60,945 bases of DNA. Source: a virus. Lineage: Duplodnaviria > Caudoviricetes. A model generated the notes under the pieces. That model did not search any database. It was not told the origin of the DNA and saw only the letters and a list, made by a program, of their open reading frames with translations. This document shows, piece after piece, positions 8,192 through 19,600 of this stretch (position 1 is the first letter of the stretch; each line of letters opens with the position of its first letter). The position numbers and the translations under genes were made by a program. Location: IMG/VR virus record IMGVR_UViG_3300025122_000014, positions 1 through 60,945 of that record. One strand, written 5' to 3'.

Positions 8192-11100
8192 ATGGCACCT
8201 GCACCAAAAGACGCTTCATCTTTATCGTTTATAGCAACCAATCAGTTAAGAGAAACACTTTTAACTAAAAACTTGCCTAGCCCATATGAAATTTCCGATA
8301 CCCTACCAGTACAATTTACTGATAATTCATACCGTTTAAGCAAACAAAATGAATATGAAGTAGTAAATCAGCTTTCCGCTGAAGAAATAGCGGAACCTTT
8401 TATAGAAAAAAGGTATTTGGATAACCGGTATGGTCCTCCAGGTGGCTATGATGATAGTATAGATATTAATGTTATTAGATTAGAGGTGGATAAAAGAATG
8501 GCTTATCCGTATTTCTCTGGTTTTTATTGTAATACTTACACTGTTATGGGCATCTTATTAGGTGTAAATTCAGAAGGACAACTAAACACTACTTTATTAC
8601 CTGGCATTGAAGATGATAGTCAATTAGCACAATTAGCAGCAGTTGAGTTAAAAAAAGCTTATAATGCAAGAGTAGCTCAAGAACTTTATGAAGAAACAGT
8701 TGGAAGACTTAATGTATTAGATGCTTTTCAAGACCCATTTGCAGCAGTTAACATATTATCAGGTAGAGAGAGTTTAATAGAGAAACAATGGAAATTAACA
8801 ATGCCAAGAACTTTAGTTGGAAAAGGGTTGGATTTTGTAGCTAGATTACAAGGACTCTATCTTCCAGTTTCAATCATACCAGGACAGTTTTTCGGACAAG
8901 AAGCAAACCCGCAACAAGGAAGAAATGTTAGACCAGAAGCCCAATCACTAATGGGTAAAATTTGGCAAGACGCTACAGCGTTAGTTGGTAATCTTGTAGG
9001 AGTTCAACGAAGACCAGTGGTACCTTTAACTATGAGTGATAGACTTATAGATTATACTGGAAGTGGACAAAAATCAGTTATGTTCCGTAATCTAACATAT
9101 AACAGATATAAACCTGAGTATAGGAAAGAGGCAACTATGGAAGCTTCTACAGCTATTGGTAGGTTAGTACAGGCAGGTGCTGGAGTAGTAAAGTCAGTTT
9201 TAGGAACCCAACCACCACAAGGACAATACTATGTTGGAACTAGAAAGAACGACCCAAAGAATATACCGAGTCCAAACGAGGCTTTACCACAAAATGAATT
9301 TGGGGAATTGGTTAATAGTCCGGTATACGGACCTGACGCGTTATCTAAAGAGTTTGAAAATTTTGATGGAAATGAGGCATGGAGAACCCATAATTTTGGT
9401 TTGGCTGGAAAAGCACTTGCAGATGGGGGAGGTGTAGCTGGAGGTTGGACATGGTATGGTAAAGATAAAAACCCACCACCTGGACAAACAGTAGGACCAA
9501 ATGGTGTAACCGCGGGAGAAGATGTTGATAATAATGTAGATTTTAGAAGTTATAAATTACCTGATGACCAGTACAATAGTTCTAGGTCTGGCACAGATAA
9601 GTTATTTAGACCAGGTACAGTACTAGATGTAGCACAAAGATTAGTAGAAGCTGTTCCGGAGGTGGGAGGAGCCCGCCTGGGACACGTAGGACACGCCATA
9701 GACCAAGTATCTAAAGTTTTTAATGATGGGTATAAGGAATTGACTAAAGGGTCTCAGGTGAGAAAATATGTGGATAGTAATGGGTCGTATAAAGGTGCGG
9801 AGTATTGTAGAATATTTACAAAAGATACACCATTTTATACTTACAATAGATTACAAAAGACACAACAAAATATTAGAAAAGAAAGTTATTCAGTTTTAGA
9901 TAGTCCATATAATTTAAATATTGCTCCTTACAGTGATGAAGACTCCACTAATATCATAAATAATCCACAAGATGGAGGTGTAGCACACGTAAAAAAATAT
10001 ATGTTTTCTTTAGAAAATTTAGCATGGAGAACATCTAATGACCCAGGTTTATCCTATACTGATTTAGCTGTATGTGAAAGAGGACCTAATGGTGGTAGAA
10101 TAATGTGGTTTCCACCTTATGATATTGCCATTGATGATAATAGCTCAATTAGTTGGTCATCTAATAACTTTTTAGGTAGACCAGAACCAATATATACCTA
10201 CAACTACACAGAAAGGATTGGGAATCTTAGGTTTAAGGTTGTTGTTGACCACCCAACGGTGCTGAATAGAATAGTAGATAAAGAATTAGGAGGATTAACA
10301 ACCGAACAAGAAAATGAAGTTCTTAATTCATTCTTTGCTGGGTGTTATGAGTATGATATTTTTGATTTATCTAGAACTTATCCAGATTTCGATAGAACAG
10401 AATTAGAGACCATATTAACAATAATAAACCAACAACCACCCATAAAAGAAGAAATGGAGTTTGTAGCCCTCCAAGAAGGGGAACCAGAAACTTTTATAGA
10501 GGATGGTGGAAGTTCTATACCTGATTTATCAGCTTATGATAATCTTAGTTTTTATTTTGAAAATGATTACCCAGACCCAAATACTCGTAGAACTACATCT
10601 ACAGTACCTTATACTACTTTAGCTGAAGGAGGAGGTTCTAAATGGGGTAACTATATTGGGGATGACCAAACAACAGGAACTCTTAAAGTATATTACCAAA
10701 AACAACCAGTTGTGGAAAAACAGAAAAAACTACAAACATTTTTTGAAGAAGCAACAGAAAATTATAATGTTAAATTTCCTGAGTTAATGGTTAAATTAGA
10801 AGAGATATTGTCTAGTGGTGAATTTACTATAGATATTTCTTTCATTGGAAGTGCTAGTTCACCAAACACTAAAGATTATAACGTAGACTTATCCAAAAGA
10901 AGAATAGATTCTGTTAAAAAGATGATTCTAGCCTATCAACTAGGTGGTAAGTTTCCATTCCAGAACTCCTATGATAAAGCAGATTTAAGATTTCCTGAAT
11001 CACAAGCTTCAGGAGAAGAGATTAATATAAATGGTATTAGTTGTACAGCAGATTTAGATACTCCAGATAACATATACTCTATTAATGCAGCTTATTGTAG

Positions 11101-13159
11101 AAGGGTACATATAGAAACAATTAAAATTGAACGTAAGATAAAAATAACAAAGGTACCAACAAAAAGACCAACCTATAGGCCTACCATTACAAAAGATAGA
11201 GTACCTGGTAACTTACGTAGAAAAATAACTAGACATGTATTAGGGATAGATGAATGTTCTTATTTTAAAATGATAAGGGGTGAAGATGAAATAGCTTTTG
11301 CAAGTATGAAAGAAAAATTAAAATATTTTTCACCAGCATTTCATTCTACAACACCAGAAGGACTAAATTCAAGATTAACATTTTTACAACAATGTTTAAG
11401 ACCAGGTAAAACTATTCCAGTGAAAGGAAGTGATGATAACGTAACTGCAAATCAACAAGCATCTAATACAGCTTTTGGAGCACCACCAGTTTGTGTTCTT
11501 AGAATAGGTGATTTTTACCATAGTAAGATTATTATAGATAATGTGTCAATTAGTTATGACCCACTGGTGTGGGATATAAACCCAGAAGGTATCGGGGTAC
11601 AACCAATGATTGCTAACGTCAGTATGAACTTCAAATATATAGGGGGCCAAGGACTTAAACAACCTGTAGAACAATTACAGAATGCATTATCCTTCAATTA
11701 TTATGCAAATACAGAAACATTTGATGAGAGAGCTCAGTTTACTGTTTTTGATACAGACCCAGATGAAAAAGCATTCTTACAAGACCTATATGATAGTTTA
11801 GGTACTGAAGGTAATGGTTTAGAGGAGCAACAAGAAGCGATAGCGGATGAAGATACTACCCCTAATGATGGACAACCTATAGGTAATAAAACGAATCCAT
11901 CTTTAACTACAAGTGGTGAAACAGGTGATATAGAATACAACTTAGTGTTTAATGATATGGTTACAAAAGCCGGGGCATATATTAGTACTGTTATAAATGA
12001 GATAAAAATGATACAAAGGACTCATGGTTATGGTATGGTTCAGTTGATGTTCGCTCAGAGAGATAATGAAACAGGAACTTATGATTGTATAGATTGTACT
12101 TCTGGTACAGCTTCATTGGTGCCTTTTAATGGTAAATTAATAGGTAAAATTATGGGAGAAGAAAGAGGTAATAATTTATTTGATGAGGTTCTTGACACTA
12201 TAAAGAGTGATGGTACTATAATACAAACTACCTACATCAACAATACAAATCCTAGTAATAGTAAAAAAAGAAAATTAAGACGATTATTAAAAGAACAGGT
12301 AGAAGAGATTAGAGATGGTGTTATTGTTGACTTAGATTCTAGTGCATACAAGATTAATGAGGCACAAATAGAGTACACTAAATTAGTGGACAAAATAAAT
12401 ACTGTTAATAATTTATGTGATGGGTATATTAATGATGGTAAACATACATCATATAAGTTATCTGGAACCACACATGTATTTAGTACAAGTAACCAAACTA
12501 CCACTGATTGTGAACTTGGTTATGATTATAAATTATTAGCTAATCTATTGAATTATTTTACTGATACCTTAAATGGGGTAATAGGGTTATGTTCTGATGA
12601 CCCACCTACATGTTATGCACCAGTAGAATATCTAAAAGAAGGGAATTACCAAAGCCCAACAAGTTGGGTAACTTCACCAGATTTCTATTGGGCGTCTTCA
12701 CTTTCTCAGGTTGGTGGGTTATATCTTACTATAGGAAAAAAATTAGTAGACACAGGGATTACACCTAGTGAGTATTTTGGCGATGATGGAGATTGGGCAG
12801 TAGATATGGATGATAGTGTGTGGGAAGATATAAAAGATGAAGTAGAGTCCGGTAATGTATGGGATAGTCAGATACAGTTATGGTCTACAGAATACCCTAA
12901 ACAAGAAAAATATTGGTTTGACCAATTAGAATTATTTGAAAAGAATTTAAAAGATAGATTTGTGACATCAGACAATAAAGTACCAAATGGGTTAACAACA
13001 CCTGATGAGTCTTCACAATTAGCAAAAATAGCAGAAGACTCTAAACATCAGTTTAAGTATGGGACAACCAGTAGTCCTAATTGTGAAGAATCCATAACTA
13101 ATATATCTGAGGAAAATCAAACTACAGGTGATAATTTTAACTTTAAATATATACCATAA
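8192..13159 (+). CDS. Large baseplate/tail-tube initiator-like protein with inserted OmpA-like peptidoglycan-binding domain
   Basis: 1655 aa after the tape measure; tube-initiator-like segments (W..NNFLGRPEPIYTYNYTER; PPVCVLRIGDFY...NVSISYD...W) flank FYFEND...IGSASSPNTKDYNVDLSKRRIDSV...RRV. Confidence 0.65.
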   Translation: MAPAPKDASSLSFIATNQLRETLLTKNLPSPYEISDTLPVQFTDNSYRLSKQNEYEVVNQLSAEEIAEPFIEKRYLDNRYGPPGGYDDSIDINVIRLEVDKRMAYPYFSGFYCNTYTVMGILLGVNSEGQLNTTLLPGIEDDSQLAQLAAVELKKAYNARVAQELYEETVGRLNVLDAFQDPFAAVNILSGRESLIEKQWKLTMPRTLVGKGLDFVARLQGLYLPVSIIPGQFFGQEANPQQGRNVRPEAQSLMGKIWQDATALVGNLVGVQRRPVVPLTMSDRLIDYTGSGQKSVMFRNLTYNRYKPEYRKEATMEASTAIGRLVQAGAGVVKSVLGTQPPQGQYYVGTRKNDPKNIPSPNEALPQNEFGELVNSPVYGPDALSKEFENFDGNEAWRTHNFGLAGKALADGGGVAGGWTWYGKDKNPPPGQTVGPNGVTAGEDVDNNVDFRSYKLPDDQYNSSRSGTDKLFRPGTVLDVAQRLVEAVPEVGGARLGHVGHAIDQVSKVFNDGYKELTKGSQVRKYVDSNGSYKGAEYCRIFTKDTPFYTYNRLQKTQQNIRKESYSVLDSPYNLNIAPYSDEDSTNIINNPQDGGVAHVKKYMFSLENLAWRTSNDPGLSYTDLAVCERGPNGGRIMWFPPYDIAIDDNSSISWSSNNFLGRPEPIYTYNYTERIGNLRFKVVVDHPTVLNRIVDKELGGLTTEQENEVLNSFFAGCYEYDIFDLSRTYPDFDRTELETILTIINQQPPIKEEMEFVALQEGEPETFIEDGGSSIPDLSAYDNLSFYFENDYPDPNTRRTTSTVPYTTLAEGGGSKWGNYIGDDQTTGTLKVYYQKQPVVEKQKKLQTFFEEATENYNVKFPELMVKLEEILSSGEFTIDISFIGSASSPNTKDYNVDLSKRRIDSVKKMILAYQLGGKFPFQNSYDKADLRFPESQASGEEININGISCTADLDTPDNIYSINAAYCRRVHIETIKIERKIKITKVPTKRPTYRPTITKDRVPGNLRRKITRHVLGIDECSYFKMIRGEDEIAFASMKEKLKYFSPAFHSTTPEGLNSRLTFLQQCLRPGKTIPVKGSDDNVTANQQASNTAFGAPPVCVLRIGDFYHSKIIIDNVSISYDPLVWDINPEGIGVQPMIANVSMNFKYIGGQGLKQPVEQLQNALSFNYYANTETFDERAQFTVFDTDPDEKAFLQDLYDSLGTEGNGLEEQQEAIADEDTTPNDGQPIGNKTNPSLTTSGETGDIEYNLVFNDMVTKAGAYISTVINEIKMIQRTHGYGMVQLMFAQRDNETGTYDCIDCTSGTASLVPFNGKLIGKIMGEERGNNLFDEVLDTIKSDGTIIQTTYINNTNPSNSKKRKLRRLLKEQVEEIRDGVIVDLDSSAYKINEAQIEYTKLVDKINTVNNLCDGYINDGKHTSYKLSGTTHVFSTSNQTTTDCELGYDYKLLANLLNYFTDTLNGVIGLCSDDPPTCYAPVEYLKEGNYQSPTSWVTSPDFYWASSLSQVGGLYLTIGKKLVDTGITPSEYFGDDGDWAVDMDDSVWEDIKDEVESGNVWDSQIQLWSTEYPKQEKYWFDQLELFEKNLKDRFVTSDNKVPNGLTTPDESSQLAKIAEDSKHQFKYGTTSSPNCEESITNISEENQTTGDNFNFKYIP

Positions 13160-13479
13160 TGGCACAATATTATAATAGATATACACAATTTTCCATCAAT
13201 GGGCAGGCTCAAACTGTACCATTTGTCACCATTCCTTCTAAAACTACCGATAAGAAGGTTATATATAAGTTAGGGAAAAGTAGAATGGATAAATATAGTG
13301 AAGAATATTATAGTTCCCCATATTTTGGTTGGTTGATAATGGCTGCCAACCCCCAATATGGTGGGATGGAGTGGAATATTCCTGACGGCAGAATCTTGAT
13401 TATTCCTTATCCTCTAGTAGCTTCTTTACAAGATTATAAGCAAGCAGTCGAAAACCACTTCTTCTTCTATGGCAGATGA
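13159..13479 (+). CDS. LysM-like baseplate protein (T4 gp53 / P2 gpX-like)
   Basis: 106 aa, RMDKYSEEYYSSPYFGWLIMAANP...IPDGRILIIP pattern; TAATG overlap with the upstream gene. Confidence 0.8.
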   Translation: MAQYYNRYTQFSINGQAQTVPFVTIPSKTTDKKVIYKLGKSRMDKYSEEYYSSPYFGWLIMAANPQYGGMEWNIPDGRILIIPYPLVASLQDYKQAVENHFFFYGR

Positions 13480-16400
13480 GATAATTAATGCGGAGAACAT
13501 TCTTGTTGAGTTTAATGAGAATAATATATTACTATGTGACCCAAATAAGGTAGTCAAGGATGGTAAGCCTGAAGCGCGCCTTGCTAAACATGAGAATCTT
13601 ATAATATACGCGAATTTAAAAGCTAAGATAGTCCCTAGAAGTAAGATTATTGTGGGTGATGCTGTACAAGCAGAATCATATGTAGATTTATTTGATGGTG
13701 AAGTTAGTTTTTTACGTGAACAAAAAGCGGGAGAACCACGACAACACCTAACTAGTGACTGGACCGAACAATTCACCAACCCAGAAGTTAACCAGCAGAA
13801 AATAGTTAATACCACAGACCCAAATACTCAAGAACAACAACCGAAAGTACAAATTGATAATAAATTAGATACTGGAGCATTTGGTATAGAGAGCATACAG
13901 ATTAGTATGAATTCTGCATGGATACCTACTGTTACTATTAATTTTGTGGATGTTAGAGGTAAAACTTTATTTGAACAAGGAGCCAATTCACCCTACGCTG
14001 TATTTTTTCATATGCCTTATCCTTTATTCTTACTAACAATTAAAGGTTTTTATGGTAAGGCAGTAACTTATCAATTAATGATGCATAAATTTAATGCTAG
14101 CTTTGACCCCTCAACCGGGAATTATAAAGTTGTATGTAATTTTGTTGGTAGGACGTATGCACTTTTATCTGATATCACCGCAGCAGAAATTTTAAATGCT
14201 CCTTATATGTACTCTAGAACATATGATTTTTCATCTGAAGATGATGAAGATAAGAAGAGTATGGTTACCACAAGAGGGTATCAAACAATGAAAGAAATAT
14301 ATCAGATATATAAAAGAAAAGATATAATACCGGATGGTCTACCTGAACTTACAGTATCTGAATTAATGCAAAGAATAGATTCTTTAGAAAAAGCTATAGA
14401 AGAAGGATTGGAGGATGTAGAAATGGATTCATTAGATGATATTAAGTCTTATGAGGCACATATAGAATCATTAAGAGCAAGGATAATAGGTCCAGCTAGT
14501 TGGAAGTATAGAAATATGTCGACTACAGAGCCACCAAACTACTCTAGTCTAGCTACAGGTGCAATATACTACACTTGGAAAGATAAAATAGGTGAAGACC
14601 CACAAAAAAGGAAAGATTCATTAGACGAGTTAAAAACCATTATAAGTGAAGGGGTGGCAAGATTAAAAAACAACACAACTTTTGGTGTAGGTAAAAAAGT
14701 TACTATTAATGGTAAGAAACAAAGTTTAAAAATAGATGTAGACATAAGTTTTGAAGATATATTTCATGATAAAGACACTGTTGAAGGTGCTCCTGAGGGG
14801 GTGGAATATTTTTTATTTAGCACAACCCAAGATAGTTTTGATGAGAAATTAGCTAATATATATGAAGAATTTAATCAAAAAAGACAATCTTTAGAGAAGG
14901 ATATGTCTAAAAGAATAAATGCTATAATAGAGAGTGATAAAGGGTTAGGATTCTCACCAACCATAAGAAATATTTTTGGAATGCTATGTGCATCTGTCGA
15001 TACTTTTCTTAGGTTGTTAGATGATGTTCATACTGATGCAATGGCAGTTAGAGATGATAAGAAAAGGTTAGAGGTAGTTAATAGTATGGGGACTACTAGT
15101 GTAGAGCCTATTTTGCCTAAAGACAATTTTGTTTATCCGTGGCCTAGTTACTATGTTAGACAAGAAAATGAAAATGGTGGACAAGATTTTACTTTAACTT
15201 ATCCAGCTGCTAGAAGTGTTATTAGAACCACTCAAGCTTATAAATTTGAAAAATGGCCAGAAGTAGGATTTGTAGAAGAATATTTAAGAGCCGCTACCCT
15301 AAGAGGCAAAACACCAAACCTAGGGCTCGATGAAGATAGTAATGAAGCTTCAGGTTATGGGCCTGTAACCGCAATAGGGTATGGTTTAGAACAAAATTTT
15401 TACAATAATATAGCACAAGCTCCATTTATGTACGAGATATATGATAGGTCTGTCATGAATTCATTCTTTAGCGGTGTTAATAGTAGACTTGCATCAGACG
15501 CTTCATTGTTAGTGATGAGAGCACTAGGAGGGTTGGAATCGGTCAATATATCTAACCTATCTAATACTAGTTACAGTTTACAAGAAAAATTAAAAAATCA
15601 AAACTTTGAATACCAAACATTTTTAGACTATCTAAAGGAAATATCGCCCCTAACAAATTGGCCTCTATTAGTAAGAAATAACTATAGCACACCTTATATT
15701 AGAGAAGAGATTTTAATAAATAATTTCAGTATAACGTCAATAGAGGATTTTAAAACGTATAGAAATAGGGTAAAAGAAGATGATTCTTTAACATTAATTA
15801 AGAAATATATATCTAAACCTAAAATTAGGAATGATAGACAAATATATGATACATATCCTTTTGTGTACCCTATAGACCCACAAGTAGCTGTAGGAGATTG
15901 GATAAAGAGTAATTTAGCTAATTGTAAAACACAATCAGACGGGATATCCCCAACATATCAACAATTCTATAATATAGATAAAAATATTGATATAGACCTA
16001 GAATTTAGTAAGTATGGTTTTTTTACTGATACACTATTAAAGATAGATGGCACAACAACAAAAAATTCTACATATTACACAGATAATTTCTTTAAAAATT
16101 GGACAAGTCTTATAAGTAGACGTAACAATTTAATAAGTCCAGGGTTATATGCTAATTGGCCAAAATATTATAAAGACACTGTTTGGGGTATGAATTCCGT
16201 AGGTGATACCACTAAAGGTAAAAACCAACTGAGGTTCTTAACTGAAGGGAAAATAACATATAAAATAGGTGCAGGTGACCCAGGAACTGATTCACCAGGG
16301 GAAGAGACAGAATTTTCTAGATTAGGTACACAGATAGCTTCTATGTTGAATACCCCTTATTTTACAAATGCTATAAAAGAAGGTACAATAAATGAAATTA

Positions 16401-16636
16401 ATGATGCACCCTACGCATACAAAAATGCTGCGTTCTTATTTGTAAATTCACTACCGGTACCAACAACAAGAGAAAAATTATTAGAATCAATAGATAATGT
16501 TAATACGGTCGATGGTAGGAAAATTACTTATGGTGATTATGCCTTCGCTAATTTAAATCAACTAGCAGCTGTACATAGAATCCCATATGCATGGATTTTA
16601 ACAACACATAAACTACGGTACAGACCATTTAACTAG
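13469..16636 (+). CDS. Baseplate hub protein, N-terminal part (probably one gene with 16602..20072, interrupted by a frameshift near 16600)
   Basis: 1055 aa following the LysM/gp53-like gene; beta-rich N-terminal region (FGIESIQI, PTVTINFVDVRG, FLLTIKGFYG). Confidence 0.6.
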   Translation: MADEIINAENILVEFNENNILLCDPNKVVKDGKPEARLAKHENLIIYANLKAKIVPRSKIIVGDAVQAESYVDLFDGEVSFLREQKAGEPRQHLTSDWTEQFTNPEVNQQKIVNTTDPNTQEQQPKVQIDNKLDTGAFGIESIQISMNSAWIPTVTINFVDVRGKTLFEQGANSPYAVFFHMPYPLFLLTIKGFYGKAVTYQLMMHKFNASFDPSTGNYKVVCNFVGRTYALLSDITAAEILNAPYMYSRTYDFSSEDDEDKKSMVTTRGYQTMKEIYQIYKRKDIIPDGLPELTVSELMQRIDSLEKAIEEGLEDVEMDSLDDIKSYEAHIESLRARIIGPASWKYRNMSTTEPPNYSSLATGAIYYTWKDKIGEDPQKRKDSLDELKTIISEGVARLKNNTTFGVGKKVTINGKKQSLKIDVDISFEDIFHDKDTVEGAPEGVEYFLFSTTQDSFDEKLANIYEEFNQKRQSLEKDMSKRINAIIESDKGLGFSPTIRNIFGMLCASVDTFLRLLDDVHTDAMAVRDDKKRLEVVNSMGTTSVEPILPKDNFVYPWPSYYVRQENENGGQDFTLTYPAARSVIRTTQAYKFEKWPEVGFVEEYLRAATLRGKTPNLGLDEDSNEASGYGPVTAIGYGLEQNFYNNIAQAPFMYEIYDRSVMNSFFSGVNSRLASDASLLVMRALGGLESVNISNLSNTSYSLQEKLKNQNFEYQTFLDYLKEISPLTNWPLLVRNNYSTPYIREEILINNFSITSIEDFKTYRNRVKEDDSLTLIKKYISKPKIRNDRQIYDTYPFVYPIDPQVAVGDWIKSNLANCKTQSDGISPTYQQFYNIDKNIDIDLEFSKYGFFTDTLLKIDGTTTKNSTYYTDNFFKNWTSLISRRNNLISPGLYANWPKYYKDTVWGMNSVGDTTKGKNQLRFLTEGKITYKIGAGDPGTDSPGEETEFSRLGTQIASMLNTPYFTNAIKEGTINEINDAPYAYKNAAFLFVNSLPVPTTREKLLESIDNVNTVDGRKITYGDYAFANLNQLAAVHRIPYAWILTTHKLRYRPFN

Positions 16637-19600
16637 TGTATGGAAAGATTTTGACGCAGCAAAGTCTTTTAATCCTAATAGCCCAAATCCACAGTTATCA
16701 TATCAATACACACTTAATTTAGGTACAGATGGAGTGCCTATACTGTTTAGTTCTGAAATACCTATAGGTGGTAATTTTGAAAAAATAGATTTAGGTTTTT
16801 ATCCAGAAATAATAAACTTATCTAATTACTTCGTAACCGGGTCATTATTATTTAGTACAAACTATACCAGTCCAGAGATAGATTTCTATATTAATAATGA
16901 ATTATTGAATGTTAAAAAGAGTAATGGGACAACCATACTAGCAAATCCAGGTTTTGATGTTAATAATCCACTTAGAAACATGAGTTGTTCATTCTGGTAC
17001 AGTTACTATGATATGGAAAAAGATAGTCTGTATTCAGGATACTCATCATCATATCTACTATTCCCATCAACAGGAGGACTAAAATACGCTCAAACTAAAA
17101 ATGAATTTTTTGATTCTGTTGGTACATTAAAAAAAGAAATATACGGCTCCAAATCTACACATAATGGGGCAACTAGATTCGCGTGGGGGCTATCACCTTA
17201 CGGGTTCTTTGAACATAATAATATGAGTTTTCCACCACCAGACAGATATATTAAGAAAATAGATACTATGAGTAATTCACAAGATGATTTTGATATACTA
17301 TTTTGTGATGGTGATAATGAATGTTATGATACCATAGAAGAGATATTTGACATATTTGATGATAATATTCTAGATAGTTTTGAAGAGTATTTTTTAAATT
17401 TTTCTTCATCTTCGAATAAATTTAATAATAATATGGCTGGACTTAATGCTGGTGACCCAAACAGTGGTACAACGATTACTACACCGTATGGTAACTTTGG
17501 GTCTGGAGATATAAGAAACTTCCAATCACTACTTAGAAGTTTTATGATATTAGAGAAAGATAGGGTAGGCACACCTAGTAACAATAATACAGACTTTGGT
17601 AAACAATTAGCTAATGCACAGACTAAGAAGTTACATGAGAAGTTAAAGTTGTTTCTAGAAATAAATGTCGCTATGAGACTATCAAACCCAAACCAACTTG
17701 ATTTATTAAGTTTACGAACTTTTGTTGGTGAGACTAATTATTATGATTTTGGGACTTATCAATACGATTTACCACCCGATGTTACATTAGCGGTATCTGA
17801 GACTTCACATCCTTTAGAGTATAAAGCTTTAAGAACTAAATTAGGTTTCTTTAGTGATAATTTCTTAAAATATTCAGATACCGGTTCTTATGTTTTTGAC
17901 TTCTTTAGGGTAATGGATGTAGAATTTTCCGTTCCTAATATAGAAAGATTATATACAATTATAAGACAGTACATAACTTACGTTGCTTTAAATGGCCCAA
18001 TCACCCGAACAGCATTTATTGATTATTTAACTAATGGGTTAGATGAATTATATCAGGGGCAAATACAAATGTTAGAAGAAACTTTCTTAAAGATTAAAGA
18101 AGTTTTACCAGATGTACCAGAAGAAAGAGTAGGAGAGTTTCAAAGTATGTTAGAGAGTGACGAACAAAAATTAGAACTGTACCTACAATTCCAAACACTT
18201 AATAATAAATGGATTTCTGGTACAGATGTAGTCAATAAAACTATTTTTGAAGATTTTATGTTTTTAGATAGGGCAAATAGAGATATTGGGTCTACAGCTA
18301 TAATGGATGTGTATGCATTAAAGAAATTTACAAATGTTGATAATGCGGGTGCTTCATTTTATAATTTATTAGGTTCTTTATTAGATAGTAATTATTTCTT
18401 ATTCCTACCACTACCAACATATATTAATTTTTACGGGACCCAAACTGTAAATAATGAAGCAATTTCAAGATTTGGTAGTACCGAGGAAGCTGGTAGTTTA
18501 TTTGGCACACATATGGAAGTTGACACAATTGATACAGGACCTAAGTTCATATGTATGTACGTGGGGGAAAGGTCACAACATCCAGACATGCAAACAGAAC
18601 AATATAGATATAAGACTGATTCTTTCTTATTAGGCCGTACAGCGGACAATCCTTTATTTAATGTATGTGATAATCCAGGGAAATGTAATAAAGTAGTAGC
18701 TTTTGCAGTAGATTTTGGTTTGGAAAATCAAAATATGTTTAAAGGTATAAGTTTAGACCAGGCAGATTTCCAAAATACATCTGAAACTTTTTCACTCACC
18801 CAAGCAATCGCAGATTCTCAAAGTGGTAGAGATATAGCTACTCAAGGAACCAGTTTATTTAATGTATATAGAAGTAGGTCCTATACTTGTAAAGTAGAAG
18901 CAATGGGGAACGCTACCATACAACCAACAATGTATTTTATGTTAAGACACGTACCTATGTTTAATGGACCATACTTAATAACAAAAGTAACTCATAGTAT
19001 TACTCCTAATGATATGAATACTAGTTTTGAAGGTGTAAGGTCACCATTTTATAAATTACCAGATATAGAGAATTTAGTAGCGAGAGTTAATAAGAGTTAT
19101 TTAAATAGAATTAAGAAAAAGAAAGAAATAGAAAAGTCAAAAGGGGGATTCAACCCTGAAGGTACAAAATATACAGACCCGCCTGGATTTAGTAGCTCAA
19201 GTAAGCCAGGACCAAACGGTTCTATTAGAATGATAGTGGTCCATGTTACAGCGGGAGAAGATTATGGAGCAAATCCAGTAATAGAGATAAACAGACAACA
19301 TATAAACAGAGGTTTCTCAGGGATAGGATACCATTACCTAATCTCAAGAGGTACTGGTGGAAGTCAACCAGATGGGGCTATCATGGCAGGAAGACCCGCA
19401 GGTAAGATAGGGGCACATACTACAGGTAAAAATAGTATAAGTTATGGAGTATCGATGGTAGCAAATTGTGCAAAATCTGGGACATATGATTCTACACCGA
19501 CCAGTACAAATCCTTATGCTACAACAGCTCAAAAAGAGTCTTTGGTTAATTTATTAGTTTATCTTTTATTTAAATCTAGAATTTTCCTTGCTATGCATGG

